From positions 1,650,001 to 1,682,000 of the forward strand of contig NC_004459.3 in the NCBI RefSeq assembly GCF_000039765.1: a stretch of DNA of 32,000 nt, read 5' to 3'. The first letter of the stretch is position 1. Every line of letters begins with the position of its first letter. Position numbers and translations under genes: made by a program. The DNA is from Vibrio vulnificus CMCP6. GTDB taxonomy: Bacteria; Pseudomonadota; Gammaproteobacteria; Enterobacterales; Vibrionaceae. Under the pieces are notes generated by a model. It did not search any database. It was not told the DNA's origin and was given only the letters and a program-made list of their open reading frames with translations. Positions 9,765 through 20,023 of the stretch are shown one piece after another.

Positions 9765-10859
9765 ATGTCTATCAAACAACAAGGCCGCCAGTTTATTCAG
9801 CGTCCGTGGCTAGTATCTCTTCTTATTATTCTCATCTTAGGTGCATGGCTTGGCTTTGGCAGTAGCAAAGCCGATGAAACATCGTCCACCAAAGCCGCGC
9901 AAGAAATTCCATTAGCGAAAGTCGTGTATCAAACATTCTTGGCTCAGCCAACGGCACGCAGTATTGATCTTTATGGTCGAACCGCGCCCAACCGCCAAGC
10001 TCGTTTAGGCGCAGAGATTGCGGGAAAAATCGTGCGTTTAGAAGTCGAGAAAGGCCAAGCGGTACGTAAAGGTCAGGTGATTGCGATAATCGATAAGCGT
10101 GATTTGGATTATCGCTTACAGCGCGCGAAAGCCATGCTTGAAGTGAAGCTGAAAGAGTTTAAGGCAGCGCAATCCTTGAAAAGTCGCGGTTTACAAGGCG
10201 AAGTCGCGTTTGCAACAGCAGAAGCCGCTTTGGTTGATGCAAAAGCCAATCTTAGCAATGTGGAAACCGAGCTGAGCAATACGGAGGTTCGGGCTCCTTT
10301 TGATGGCATCCTTGATAGCCGTTTTGTCGAAGTGGGGGATTTCGTTGGTATTGGCGATCCGGTGGCGACCGTGATCGATCTACAAAAATTGGTGATTGAA
10401 GCCGACGTCAGCGAAAGACATGTTCAGCATCTGGCGGCTAAACAGATGGCGCAAGTGCGTTTGATTGGCGGGCAGTTATTGCAAGGTGCTATTCGTTATG
10501 TTGGGCAAGTCTCTTCTCCTTCAACCAATACCTTTCCCATTGAAATTGAAGTCGACAACAGCCAGCATCGCATTCCTGCTGGTGTCAGCGCAGAAGTGCA
10601 ATTAACCCTAGATCAGACATCCGCGATTAAAGTGACGCCAGCGATGTTGGCTCTTGATGAGCGTGGTAATTTAGGCGTCAAAACAGTGCAGAATCAGCAT
10701 GTGCGCTTTGTTCCTATTCAATTGGTAAAAGCCGAGCAAGATGGCGTGTGGCTGTCTGGCTTGGGAGAACAGGTTGACATTATCGTGCTGGGGCAAGGTT
10801 TTGTTCGAGATGGCGATTTGGTTGATGCGACACCACAAACTGAACTCGTAACCAATTGA
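9765..10859 (+). CDS. RND efflux periplasmic adaptor (membrane fusion protein)
   Basis: 364 aa: N-terminal TM, lipoyl-like segments (LGAEIAGKIVRLEVEKGQAVRKGQVIAIIDKRDL; VRAPFDGILDSRFVEVGDFVGIGDPVATVIDL). Lies directly upstream of an RND pump gene. Confidence 0.92.
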   Translation: MSIKQQGRQFIQRPWLVSLLIILILGAWLGFGSSKADETSSTKAAQEIPLAKVVYQTFLAQPTARSIDLYGRTAPNRQARLGAEIAGKIVRLEVEKGQAVRKGQVIAIIDKRDLDYRLQRAKAMLEVKLKEFKAAQSLKSRGLQGEVAFATAEAALVDAKANLSNVETELSNTEVRAPFDGILDSRFVEVGDFVGIGDPVATVIDLQKLVIEADVSERHVQHLAAKQMAQVRLIGGQLLQGAIRYVGQVSSPSTNTFPIEIEVDNSQHRIPAGVSAEVQLTLDQTSAIKVTPAMLALDERGNLGVKTVQNQHVRFVPIQLVKAEQDGVWLSGLGEQVDIIVLGQGFVRDGDLVDATPQTELVTN

Positions 10860-10869
10860 GGAGAGTGCC

Positions 10870-13800
10870 ATGTTATCTGTGATAGATGCGGTTCTTTCCC
10901 GCTCTCGTACCATGATGACGCTGCTGGTGATGATTTTGCTGGCAGGCATTGGTACTTACATGACGATTCCCAAAGAATCGAGTCCAGACATCACCATTCC
11001 GATTATTTACGTTTCCGTTGGCCACCAAGGCATCTCTCCAACGGATGCGGAGCGTTTGCTTGTACGTCCGATAGAGCAAGAGCTGCGTTCTATCGAAGGG
11101 GTCAAAGAGATGACCTCGACGGCATCGGAAGGGCATGCTTCGGTTATGTTGGAGTTTACTGTGGGGGTAGACCTGGCAAAGGCGATGGCGGATGTTCGTG
11201 ATGCCGTGGATCTCGCCAAGCCGAAATTGCCAGCAGACAGTGATGAACCAACAGTAAATGAGGTCACGCTGGCTTCAGAAGAGCCTGTGCTGTCTGTTGT
11301 GCTCTACGGTACGTTACCAGAGCGCACGATTGTTCAAGTTGCTCGTCAACTTCGAGACAAACTCGAAAGCTATCGCCAAGTTCTTGAAGTTGATATTGCG
11401 GGTGACCGTGAAGATATCGTCGAAATCATCGTCGATCCCTTATTGATGGAAAGCTATGGCTTGGATCAGGGAGATATTTACAATCTGATCGCGTTGAACA
11501 ACCGAGTGGTGGCGGCGGGTTTTGTCGACACGGGTTATGGCCGTTTCTCGGTCAAAGTGCCTTCGGTGTTTGATTCATTAAAGGATGTCTTAGAGCTACC
11601 AATCAAAGTGGATGGTAAGCAGGTCATTACGTTTGCCGATGTGGCGACAGTACGGAGAGCCTTTCGCGATCCGGAGTCTTTTGCTCGTCTAGATGGTAAA
11701 CCGGCCGTGGTACTCGATGTAAAAAAACGCGCCGGTGAAAATATCATCGAAACCGTTGAGTTGGTTAAACGAGTGATCGAAGAAGGTCAAAAGCGGGCAG
11801 ATTGGCCAGATAACTTGCTGGTGAAATACACCTGGGATCAGTCGGAAGATGTTGAGTTGATGCTCAATGATCTGCAAAACAACATCTTGTCCGCGATCAT
11901 TTTGGTGGTCATCGTCATTATTGCCATTTTGGGTGTTCGAACTGCGTTGCTTGTGGGGATCTCGATCCCAGGTTCTTTCCTCACTGGCTTATTGGTTTTG
12001 GCCGTGTTCGGTCTGACCGTCAATATCGTGGTGCTCTTTTCTCTGATCATGGCTGTAGGCATGCTGGTGGATGGGGCTATTGTGGTCACCGAGTTTGCCG
12101 ATCGCCGCATGCAGGAAGGGGTCGAACGCAAACAGGCTTATCGTGACGCAGCCAAACGTATGGCGTGGCCGATTACCGCATCAACAGCGACGACGTTAGC
12201 TGCGTTTGCACCACTGCTTTTTTGGCCCGATATTACGGGCGAATTCATGAAGTATTTGCCTTTGACCTTAATTGCGACGTTAGCGGCGTCTCTCATCATG
12301 GCACTGTTGTTTGTGCCAGTATTAGGGGGCCTGATTGGTAAGCCGCAAAATGTCTCAAGTGAGAACCAGCGTCGTATGGTGGCTTTACACAATGGTGAAT
12401 TCGACAAAGCAACGGGTATCACCAAGCTTTACTACCATACTTTGGCGATTGCCGTACGACACCCATTGAAGATCTTGTTGAGCGCGATCCTAATGGCCGG
12501 TGGTGTTGGCTTTGCCTATAACAAAGCTGGGTTAGGCGCGGAGTTTTTCCCTGAAGTCGATCCTCCTTTCTTTACGGTTAAAGTTCGTTCTTACGGTGAC
12601 TTGTCGATTTTTGAGAAAGACGTCGTGATGCGCAACATCGAACAAGTGATGCTTGGGCATGATGAGTTTGAAAGTGTCTATACCCGAACCGGTGGTGATG
12701 ACGAAATTGGCCAGATCCAAATTACGCCTGTGGATTGGCAATATCGGCGTAAAGTCAAAGAGATTATTGATGAGTTAAAACAAACCACATCCACATTCTC
12801 AGGGGTTGAGATCGAATATAAATTTCCCGATGCAGGGCCACCAGTGGAGCATGACTTGGTGATCGAGATGTCATCTCGTATCCCTGAGCACCTCGATGAT
12901 GCAGCTAAAGTGGTGCGACATTGGGCTGACAACAACCCAGCGCTGACCAACTTGAGTGATACTTCCAGTAAGGAAGGGATCGATTGGCAAATCGACATCC
13001 GACGTGACGATGCATCGCGTTTTGCAGCTGACGCGACTTTGGTTGGCAATACGGTCCAGTTTGTCACTAATGGTTTGAAAATTGGTGATTACTTACCGGA
13101 TGACGCCAATGAAGAAGTGGACATTTTGGTACGCTATCCGGAAGAAAAACGCGACATTGGCCGCTTTGATCAGTTAAGAGTGAAAACACCCGCTGGGCTT
13201 GTGCCGATTACCAACTTTGCGCAGATCAAACCTGAGCCCAAACAAGACACGATCAAACGGATTGATGGGCAGCGCGTGATCAACGTCATGGCGGATATGG
13301 TAGAGGGGTACAACTTAGCGCTTGAACTGCCAAAGATTGAGCAAGCGCTCAGTGAGCTTGGCTTGCCTGAGGGCGTGGAGTTTCGGATTCGAGGGCAAAA
13401 TGAAGAGCAGGAGCATTCATCCGCGTTCTTACAAAACGCCTTTATGATCGCACTGGCGGTGATGGCTCTTATCTTGATCACTCAGTTTAATAGTTTCTAT
13501 CAAGCGTTTTTGATCCTCAGTGCTGTGCTCTTTTCCACGGTCGGGGTTTTTGCTGGGCTGTTGATTTTCCAAAAACCGTTTGGCGTCATTATGTCAGGCA
13601 TCGGAGTGATTGCGCTGGCAGGTATTGTGGTGAACAACAATATTGTATTGATCGACACTTATAACCAATTACGCCAACGTGGTTTAGACAAGGAAGAAGC
13701 GATCTTGCGCACTGGGGTTCAGCGTTTAAGGCCGGTGATGCTCACCACGGTGACGACCATCCTTGGGTTATTGCCGATGGTATTGGAAATGAATATCGAC

Positions 13801-14052
13801 TTGATCAACCAAAAAATTGAATTCGGTGCACCAAGTACCCAGTGGTGGTCACAGTTGGCAACCGCTGTGGCGGGTGGTTTGGCGTTTGCGACGGTATTAA
13901 CTTTAGTATTAACGCCATGTTTATTGATGTTGGGGCGAGAACATAGAAGTGTGAAAGAAGACGATGACGTCGAAGAAGATCTCATCGACGACGTTCATAC
14001 TGACATTCCACCAGCAGCAAGCTCTGAATCTGGAAAAGTCGTCGGCTTGTAA
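10870..14052 (+). CDS. RND (AcrB/HAE1-like) efflux permease
   Basis: 1060 aa with RND motifs (MTSTASEGHASVMLEFTVGVD, SLIMAVGMLVDGAIVVTEFADR, VMSGIGVIALAGIVVNNNIVLID, LRPVMLTTVTTILGLLPM). Only 10 bp after the adaptor gene. Confidence 0.95.
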   Translation: MLSVIDAVLSRSRTMMTLLVMILLAGIGTYMTIPKESSPDITIPIIYVSVGHQGISPTDAERLLVRPIEQELRSIEGVKEMTSTASEGHASVMLEFTVGVDLAKAMADVRDAVDLAKPKLPADSDEPTVNEVTLASEEPVLSVVLYGTLPERTIVQVARQLRDKLESYRQVLEVDIAGDREDIVEIIVDPLLMESYGLDQGDIYNLIALNNRVVAAGFVDTGYGRFSVKVPSVFDSLKDVLELPIKVDGKQVITFADVATVRRAFRDPESFARLDGKPAVVLDVKKRAGENIIETVELVKRVIEEGQKRADWPDNLLVKYTWDQSEDVELMLNDLQNNILSAIILVVIVIIAILGVRTALLVGISIPGSFLTGLLVLAVFGLTVNIVVLFSLIMAVGMLVDGAIVVTEFADRRMQEGVERKQAYRDAAKRMAWPITASTATTLAAFAPLLFWPDITGEFMKYLPLTLIATLAASLIMALLFVPVLGGLIGKPQNVSSENQRRMVALHNGEFDKATGITKLYYHTLAIAVRHPLKILLSAILMAGGVGFAYNKAGLGAEFFPEVDPPFFTVKVRSYGDLSIFEKDVVMRNIEQVMLGHDEFESVYTRTGGDDEIGQIQITPVDWQYRRKVKEIIDELKQTTSTFSGVEIEYKFPDAGPPVEHDLVIEMSSRIPEHLDDAAKVVRHWADNNPALTNLSDTSSKEGIDWQIDIRRDDASRFAADATLVGNTVQFVTNGLKIGDYLPDDANEEVDILVRYPEEKRDIGRFDQLRVKTPAGLVPITNFAQIKPEPKQDTIKRIDGQRVINVMADMVEGYNLALELPKIEQALSELGLPEGVEFRIRGQNEEQEHSSAFLQNAFMIALAVMALILITQFNSFYQAFLILSAVLFSTVGVFAGLLIFQKPFGVIMSGIGVIALAGIVVNNNIVLIDTYNQLRQRGLDKEEAILRTGVQRLRPVMLTTVTTILGLLPMVLEMNIDLINQKIEFGAPSTQWWSQLATAVAGGLAFATVLTLVLTPCLLMLGREHRSVKEDDDVEEDLIDDVHTDIPPAASSESGKVVGL

Positions 14053-14066
14053 TCTCCAAACCCTAT

Positions 14067-14107
14067 TAAGCAAAAGAGAGGCAAACCTTGCCTCTCTTTT
14101 TGCTTTT
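14067..14107. terminator. Bidirectional terminator between the efflux pump gene and the peptidase gene
   Basis: AAGCAAAAGAGAGGCAA / TTGCCTCTCTTTTTGCTT forms a long stem with A/T tracts on both sides; the flanking genes are convergent. Confidence 0.8.
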
Positions 14108-14124
14108 CGTGTGCTGACGCAGGG

Positions 14125-15417
14125 TTAGTTCATTGCCAGTAACTTACTGTAGCGCTCTAATTTATCAAGACGCAGTTTAGAATTGGCGATGAAGGTCTCT
14201 TTTGCTTGTCCGCTCAACGATTGAGCTTGAGGTAAGCTGACCGTTCTGGGGTTTTTGTGAACCCCGTTGACCAAAAATTCATAATGCAGGTGAGGGCCTG
14301 TCACACGGCCTGTCCCGCCTAAAGTACCAATACTTTGACCTTGTTTGACTCGTTGTCCGGTCTTGACCAATTTCTTTTGTAGATGCAAATACTTAGTCAG
14401 ATAAGTGTTGCTGTGGCGGATAAACACGTAGTTACCGTTAAATTGGTTGTACCCCGCTTGTTGTACGACACCATCGCCAGCAGCCCAAATTGGTGTACCA
14501 ACGGGCGCGACGTAATCGGTACCTCGGTGTGCTTTGACTTGTCCGGTAACGGGATGCAGTCGACGCGGATTAAAGTTAGAGCTTACGCGTCGGAAATCGA
14601 TAGGTGCCCGCAAGAACGCTTTCTTCATTGCTCGCCCATTCTCGTCGTAATAGTTGCCTGTTTTGTCATCATAGATGGCGGTGAAGGTATCGCCTTGGTT
14701 ACGGAAAATAGCAGCAATAATACGGCCACGACCGATGACTTCTCCTTCTACAACCTGTTCTTGATAAAGCACGCGAAAGCTGTCTCGTTCACGAATATCT
14801 TGTGCAAAGTCGATGTCCCAGCCAAAAATCCCGGCGAGTTCCATTATTTGATTAGCCGTCAATCCTGCGCTGATGGCGGCATTCCAAAAGTTTGAAGTAA
14901 TGGACGCTTCGGCATACGCGTACTGGTAGTTCACTTCCTTATTATTAAGCTGAGAGTTGTAACCAGTATCACTTCGAGTAATTTCAAAGGTTTCGAAGGC
15001 ATTCAGTTGGCGTTTGAGTTTGACCAATTGATCCTGTGCATCAAAGCCAAATTGCAGCATATCACCAGGTTTAAGGCGAGAAAGTTGAGTTTTGATCTCA
15101 TCGTTGGTGGTGATCAATTGGTGTAATAAGGAAGCCGATAAGCCAATGCGTTGGAATAAGATGGCGGCGCTTTCCCCATCCTTCACGCGATAGCGTTCCC
15201 AACGATGCACTGAGGATTCGGTAGACAAAACGGGATTGATTGACAATCGCTGCATCTCGATGTCAATAGGGTAGTGGCGTCCTACTTCTAAACGGTTTTC
15301 TTTTGGGCGCAGTTCATTAGCATCAGGCAAAAGAAACAGAGCGACAAAAATCATCGCACTAAAAAAGCCGATCAGCACTTTGTGCAATATGGGAAGACGG
15401 GCAAAAATTGAAAGCAT
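14125..15417 (-). CDS. Murein DD-endopeptidase MepM-like peptidase (OapA/M23 family)
   Basis: 430 aa: N-terminal TM, M23 signature (HPVTGQVKAHRGTDYVAPVGTPIWAAGDGVV ... GRVTGPHLHYEFLVNG). Confidence 0.9.
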   Translation of the reverse strand: MLSIFARLPILHKVLIGFFSAMIFVALFLLPDANELRPKENRLEVGRHYPIDIEMQRLSINPVLSTESSVHRWERYRVKDGESAAILFQRIGLSASLLHQLITTNDEIKTQLSRLKPGDMLQFGFDAQDQLVKLKRQLNAFETFEITRSDTGYNSQLNNKEVNYQYAYAEASITSNFWNAAISAGLTANQIMELAGIFGWDIDFAQDIRERDSFRVLYQEQVVEGEVIGRGRIIAAIFRNQGDTFTAIYDDKTGNYYDENGRAMKKAFLRAPIDFRRVSSNFNPRRLHPVTGQVKAHRGTDYVAPVGTPIWAAGDGVVQQAGYNQFNGNYVFIRHSNTYLTKYLHLQKKLVKTGQRVKQGQSIGTLGGTGRVTGPHLHYEFLVNGVHKNPRTVSLPQAQSLSGQAKETFIANSKLRLDKLERYSKLLAMN

Positions 15418-15544
15418 ATCGGGTTTATACGGTTTATGAAGACAAAATTAACAACGGAATAGTCTAACTTGTTTCAAAAATCATCGCTATTCAAGTAAGA
15501 TGTCCAGCTATTATATTTTGCCAAATTTGTGGGAGTGAACAAGC

Positions 15545-16732
15545 ATGGCGAGCATTGAAGCCGCTTTAGCCGAGATTAAGCGCGGTGTTGAAGAGCTGAT
15601 TCCAGAAGAAGAGTTAATCGCAAAACTAAAAGAAGGTCGTCCTCTTCGCATTAAATTGGGTGCCGATCCAACTGCGCCTGATATTCACTTAGGTCATACC
15701 GTCATTTTGAACAAGCTGCGTGCGTTTCAAGATCTTGGCCATGATGTGACATTTTTGATTGGTGACTTTACTGGTATGGTCGGTGACCCAACTGGTAAAA
15801 ACTCGACGCGCCCACCGTTGACTCGTGAAGATGTGCTACGCAATGCTGAAACCTATAAGCAGCAAGTGTTCAAAATTCTCGATCCTGCGAAAACAAAAAT
15901 TCAGTTTAACTCTGAATGGTTGTCTGAGCTTGGTGCTGAAGGCATGATTCGTCTTGCGGCAAACCAGACTGTTGCACGTATGCTAGAGCGTGATGATTTC
16001 AAAAAACGCTATGCAGGTGGTCAGCCAATCGCTATTCATGAGTTTATGTACCCACTTCTGCAAGGCTATGACTCTGTGGCGATGGAAACCGACGTAGAAC
16101 TCGGTGGTACTGACCAGAAGTTTAACTTGCTAATGGGCCGTGAACTGCAAAAAGCGAACGGACAAAAACCGCAGGTGGTTTTGATGATGCCTCTTCTTGT
16201 TGGCCTAGACGGCGAGAAGAAAATGTCAAAATCCGCCAACAACTACATTGGTGTTAGCGAAGCGCCAAGCGAGATGTTTGGTAAGATCATGTCCATCTCA
16301 GATGACCTGATGTGGAGCTACTACGAGTTGCTTTCTTTCCGTCCATTGGAAGAGTTAGCTCAGTTCAAAGCGGATGTTGCAGCAGGTAAAAACCCACGTG
16401 ATATCAAAGTACTGTTAGCAAAAGAGATCATTGCCCGTTTCCATAGTGAAGCCGATGCGGATGCGGCAGAGCAAGAGTTCGTTAACCGTTTTGCGAAAAA
16501 TCAGATCCCTGATGAAATGCCAGAGTTTACTTTTGCCGCAGGCACACCAATGGCGAACTTGCTAAAAGAGGCTGAGCTATGTTCATCAACATCGGAAGCG
16601 ATGCGTATGGTGAAGCAAGGCGCGGCTAAGATGGATGGTGAAAAAGTAGAAGACGCCAAAGCAGAACCAGCCGTTGGCACCTATGTGTTCCAAGTTGGTA
16701 AACGTAAGTTTGCTCGAATCACCATTGCGTAA
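15545..16732 (+). CDS. tyrS: Tyrosyl-tRNA synthetase
   Basis: 395 aa: class I aaRS motifs ([28 protein letters not shown]; [13 protein letters not shown]), [12 protein letters not shown] and a C-terminal S4-like domain. Confidence 0.95.
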   Translation: MASIEAALAEIKRGVEELIPEEELIAKLKEGRPLRIKLGADPTAPDIHLGHTVILNKLRAFQDLGHDVTFLIGDFTGMVGDPTGKNSTRPPLTREDVLRNAETYKQQVFKILDPAKTKIQFNSEWLSELGAEGMIRLAANQTVARMLERDDFKKRYAGGQPIAIHEFMYPLLQGYDSVAMETDVELGGTDQKFNLLMGRELQKANGQKPQVVLMMPLLVGLDGEKKMSKSANNYIGVSEAPSEMFGKIMSISDDLMWSYYELLSFRPLEELAQFKADVAAGKNPRDIKVLLAKEIIARFHSEADADAAEQEFVNRFAKNQIPDEMPEFTFAAGTPMANLLKEAELCSSTSEAMRMVKQGAAKMDGEKVEDAKAEPAVGTYVFQVGKRKFARITIA

Positions 16733-16762
16733 GATGCGCCCCTAGGGCATCTCACTGCTATC

Positions 16763-16793
16763 GAAAAGCGCCTTCTTAAAGGCGCTTTTTTTC
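16763..16793. terminator. Intrinsic terminator of tyrS that overlaps the 3' end of the convergent DUF454-type gene
   Basis: AAAAGCGCC (16764-16772) / GGCGCTTTT (16781-16789) followed by a further T run. Confidence 0.8.
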
Positions 16794-17192
16794 TGCTTGT
16801 TGATAGGTTTTGAAACGTAAGATGAACCAAGTTTCAAAGAGGAGAAGTGACAAAATGGCGTACTGCCAATGCGTACCGTAAGCCACAAAAAATAATACGC
16901 TGAGCATGGATACCCAAATCAACAGCAAAGAGTGAATTTTTTCTCGCCGCGTTAAACCTTGTTTCTTGTTAAGGCGTTGTGCTAAAGGGCCAAGCTTAGG
17001 ATGGTTGAGTAGCCACTGTTGAAAAACAGGGGAAGATTTCCCGAAACAGTAAAGTGCCAATAGGATAAAGGGCACCGTGGGTAACAGTGGCACTGTGATG
17101 CCAATCGTGCCTAGAATGACACACGTCCAGCCAATGCAGTTGTAACCTTTACGGCGAAAGGCTTCTTTGTCTTTTATTGGGTGATGTTTCAT
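16776..17192 (-). CDS. DUF454 / YbaN-like inner membrane protein
   Basis: 138 aa: GWTCVILGTIGITVPLLPTVPFILLALYCFGKSSPVFQQWLLNHPKLGP, typical of the YbaN/DUF454 family. Confidence 0.85.
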   Translation of the reverse strand: MKHHPIKDKEAFRRKGYNCIGWTCVILGTIGITVPLLPTVPFILLALYCFGKSSPVFQQWLLNHPKLGPLAQRLNKKQGLTRREKIHSLLLIWVSMLSVLFFVAYGTHWQYAILSLLLFETWFILRFKTYQQAEKKRL

Positions 17193-17266
17193 GATGATAT
17201 TCCCCAGCCAAATATCAACAAGTATGGCTGGGGTTTAGCTTAAATGGCAACTTGTGCTGTTTTTCG

Positions 17267-18697
17267 TCAGTTGTGTTTTACTTGTGTAAACTCAACTAAG
17301 TCTCGATAAAACTCACGCTCGAAGCGTGTGATAGGCGCAACATTACCACTCTCTTCACTTTTATCAGGGTAGTAATCGGTAATAAATTGAATGAAGGCGG
17401 CGCTTGGCTGTCCATTCTGATCTAAAACAAATCCTGCCATATTATAGCTGCCATAAAGTGAGCCACTTTTAGCGACGATCTGCCCTTTAACTGGATCACT
17501 GCGCATGCTTTGGCGGTACTTGAGGGTGCCGGACTCTCCGGATTTGGGCATTAATGCCACTAAACCGAGCTCTTTGTCGTGTTGCCAGATGTATTTTAAG
17601 ATCGACATCATATCCATAGGGTTGATTCGATTATTACGCGACAAGCCCGAACCGTCGGCGAGTTGAGCGCGAGAAAGATCGATTCCCGCTTTGGAATAAA
17701 GGATCTGTTTCACCGCTTCAGTGCCATTGGCAAAGCTACCGGGTTGCAAGTAAAAGCGAGCCCCAATCGCTTTGGTAAGGTTGTCGGCAATAAGATTATC
17801 AGAGTCCTTTAACATGGTGTCTAATAACTCTGGCAAGGTAGCTGAAGAGTGGCTGGCAATGACATTGGCTTTGTTCGGCATGACGCCAATTTTAATTTCT
17901 CCACCAAGTTCAATTTTGAGCTGTCTCAACAAGGTATATAAGGTTCGACTCGTGTATTGAGTTGAGTCTTGAATCGCGAACTTAAGGGGTAACGGTTTGT
18001 CTCTCTCAACCAGACAGCCTTGCAATTGATATTGGTTGTTATCCCCCGTCAACAGCTCTAAGTCGCAATGATTACTCTGCTGGATCGCTTTAGAGACGGT
18101 TTTCGCATTGGTTGTGACGTGAATCGGGTACTGCTCTGGCACGTAAACTCGAGTATTGCCATCGGCCAATGTGTAAATAGAAGCCTGAGCGCAGTTCTCA
18201 TCTAATGTGATGGCACTTGAAGGAGCACTGTAGCAAACACCCAAAATATCCCAAGGCCAACCCACAGCGCGCTCATAGCCTGTAAACACCGAGTTATCGA
18301 GCCAAAGGTCTCCACGAATGTTCGCGCCATTCTGCTGCTTGTAGGCTTCTAAAAGCTGTTTTAAATGTGCGGTTTTAAGCGTGGGATCGCCAGAGAAACG
18401 AATGCTGATGTCACGGCCATTGCTTAACAGTTCGGTGGTGAAGGCAAAGTCGTCTTCAAGTTCCAGTTTGGCCGCTAGGGCGGTGGCCAGTTTGAGTGTG
18501 CTTGCTGGAGGGAAAAAACGGGTATTTTGCGCTAAGGTTTGCCAAGAGGTTTGGTTTTGTAAGTCTTCTACCCAAATACTGCTTCTACTGCCATCTGGGA
18601 GGTTGCTTAGCGGTGAGTATTCTTCTGCCTGAATGGTGGAAGAAGTAGCAAGCAAGAAGCAAAAGCTCGATGTGAAAAGTGAAGCGAGAAAACGCAT
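17267..18697 (-). CDS. dacB: D-alanyl-D-alanine carboxypeptidase / endopeptidase (PBP4-type, S13)
   Basis: 476 aa with signal peptide and S13 motifs: PASTLKLATA (SxxK), DGSGLSRNNRI (SxN region), VAKSGSL (KSG). Confidence 0.93.
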   Translation of the reverse strand: MRFLASLFTSSFCFLLATSSTIQAEEYSPLSNLPDGSRSSIWVEDLQNQTSWQTLAQNTRFFPPASTLKLATALAAKLELEDDFAFTTELLSNGRDISIRFSGDPTLKTAHLKQLLEAYKQQNGANIRGDLWLDNSVFTGYERAVGWPWDILGVCYSAPSSAITLDENCAQASIYTLADGNTRVYVPEQYPIHVTTNAKTVSKAIQQSNHCDLELLTGDNNQYQLQGCLVERDKPLPLKFAIQDSTQYTSRTLYTLLRQLKIELGGEIKIGVMPNKANVIASHSSATLPELLDTMLKDSDNLIADNLTKAIGARFYLQPGSFANGTEAVKQILYSKAGIDLSRAQLADGSGLSRNNRINPMDMMSILKYIWQHDKELGLVALMPKSGESGTLKYRQSMRSDPVKGQIVAKSGSLYGSYNMAGFVLDQNGQPSAAFIQFITDYYPDKSEESGNVAPITRFEREFYRDLVEFTQVKHN

Positions 18698-18743
18698 AGT
18701 GACAACCCAATCTATCTAGAATGGCTTGATTATAGCGAGGATA

Positions 18744-18772
18744 AAAAACGCCCGCTAGTTGCGGGCGTTTGC
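18744..18772 (-). terminator. Intrinsic terminator of the porin gene
   Basis: Perfect stem AAACGCCCGC (18747-18756) / GCGGGCGTTT (18762-18771). Read on the - strand it ends in TTTTTT. Confidence 0.85.
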
Positions 18773-18791
18773 GATTCAGTCAAGGCTGAAA

Positions 18792-19814
18792 TTAGAAGTC
18801 GTAACGTAGACCTAGTGCTAGCTCGTCTTCTGCATCTGCTTTAGAGATAGTTGATGTACCAATCTTGTCACCAGCGTCTAGCAGGTTGAAGTTGTATGAT
18901 ACGTAACCACGGAAGTTAGGTTTGAAGTAGTAGGTTGCGTCAACGGCAAAGTTATCAGTTGAAGTGTAGCCATCAGTTTCAGCATTGTTGTATGTTGTGG
19001 TGAATACAGTTTGACCCATTGTGTATTTCGCCGCTAGTTCATAACCAGTGTAGTCTTCTACAGAAGAGAAACCACGGTGTGAATAGTCACCATTTGTGCC
19101 GTAGTCTTTTTCACCATCAGTAAATACACCTGCAAAGTACAGGTCGCCCATAGTGTAAGACGCCGCTAGCATGTATTCATTGCTCTTATCTTGATCTGCG
19201 TAACCACCACCAAGCGTTAGACCAGTTTGGCCGATAGCGTAGATAGCCGATAGAGAGTAGCCATCTTTACCGTTGTCGATGTAAGTGTTATCTACATTAT
19301 TCTTGCTTGAATCTGCACGGTCAGCAAAACGGTAGCTTGCTTTCACGCTTAGTGCATCGAATTGGCCTTTGTAAGACATCATGTTGTCTACGCGGTCAGC
19401 AACAGCGATTTTATCTGCCGCAGAGTTACCGTGGTAAGCCATGATATCGGTGAAGTCAGTGATAACACCTAGAGCGCCATCGTTTTTACCGTAAGTCACT
19501 TCACCAAACTTGCCACCTAGACCTGCGTAAGTGTAACGGTTGTCTAGATCGCTGCCATCAGCGTTGTCTGCAGTAGTGAATTCACCTTCGTAGAAACCAA
19601 CGCCGTATAGGCCGTCTTGGATTTCTACTTTACCTAGGAAGTTAAGACGGATACGAGAGTTGTCTGCAACTTTACCATCTTTCATAGATAGGCGAGCTTC
19701 AGCACGGCCACCCATGTCTAGAGAAGTACCATCTTGGTTGTAAAGTTCAGCAGCGTTAACACCAGTTGCCACTGCAGCAGCAGATACAGAAAGTGCGATT
19801 AATGTCTTTTTCAT
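18792..19814 (-). CDS. ompU: OmpU-like general porin
   Basis: 340 aa: signal peptide MKKTLIALSVSAAAVATGVNA, Gram-negative porin repeats (LDNRYTYAGLGGKFGEVTYGKNDGALGVITDFTDI), terminal Phe (LALGLRYDF). Confidence 0.9.
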   Translation of the reverse strand: MKKTLIALSVSAAAVATGVNAAELYNQDGTSLDMGGRAEARLSMKDGKVADNSRIRLNFLGKVEIQDGLYGVGFYEGEFTTADNADGSDLDNRYTYAGLGGKFGEVTYGKNDGALGVITDFTDIMAYHGNSAADKIAVADRVDNMMSYKGQFDALSVKASYRFADRADSSKNNVDNTYIDNGKDGYSLSAIYAIGQTGLTLGGGYADQDKSNEYMLAASYTMGDLYFAGVFTDGEKDYGTNGDYSHRGFSSVEDYTGYELAAKYTMGQTVFTTTYNNAETDGYTSTDNFAVDATYYFKPNFRGYVSYNFNLLDAGDKIGTSTISKADAEDELALGLRYDF

Positions 19815-20023
19815 TGTTTTGTTGTCCTAGTTTAGCTGTCCATAATCTTTTTGTTGTGAGACGAATATCTCACAGATTATCACTATGATTCTAGATTCAT
19901 AAATGAGATGCATCTCAAATACTTGGCCAGAGTTATTGGTTGACGTCCAATGTTGTACAGCCAAAGTTCCATGATGGGTTAGTAAAATTATATAAATTCA
20001 ACTTATGAACACTGTTCGATTGT

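Noticed and set aside
12678-13481. Antisense ORFs of 129 and 104 aa within the RND pump gene
   Set aside because: Ser/Arg-rich shadow ORFs lying opposite strong RND coding sequence.
14383-14895. 170-aa + strand ORF opposite the M23 peptidase gene
   Set aside because: It overlaps the well-supported M23 coding region including its catalytic motif region; no recognizable domain.
17202-17233. CCCCAGCCA...TGGCTGGGG inverted repeat downstream of dacB considered as a dacB terminator
   Set aside because: The stem is good, but on the dacB (-) strand it is followed by AATATC with no T-tract, so intrinsic termination is not well supported. Kept only as an unexplained hairpin.
19855-19874. CRP site upstream of ompU
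   Set aside because: The TGTGA and TCACA cores are separated by 10 nt rather than 6, so it does not fit the CRP consensus despite the symmetry.
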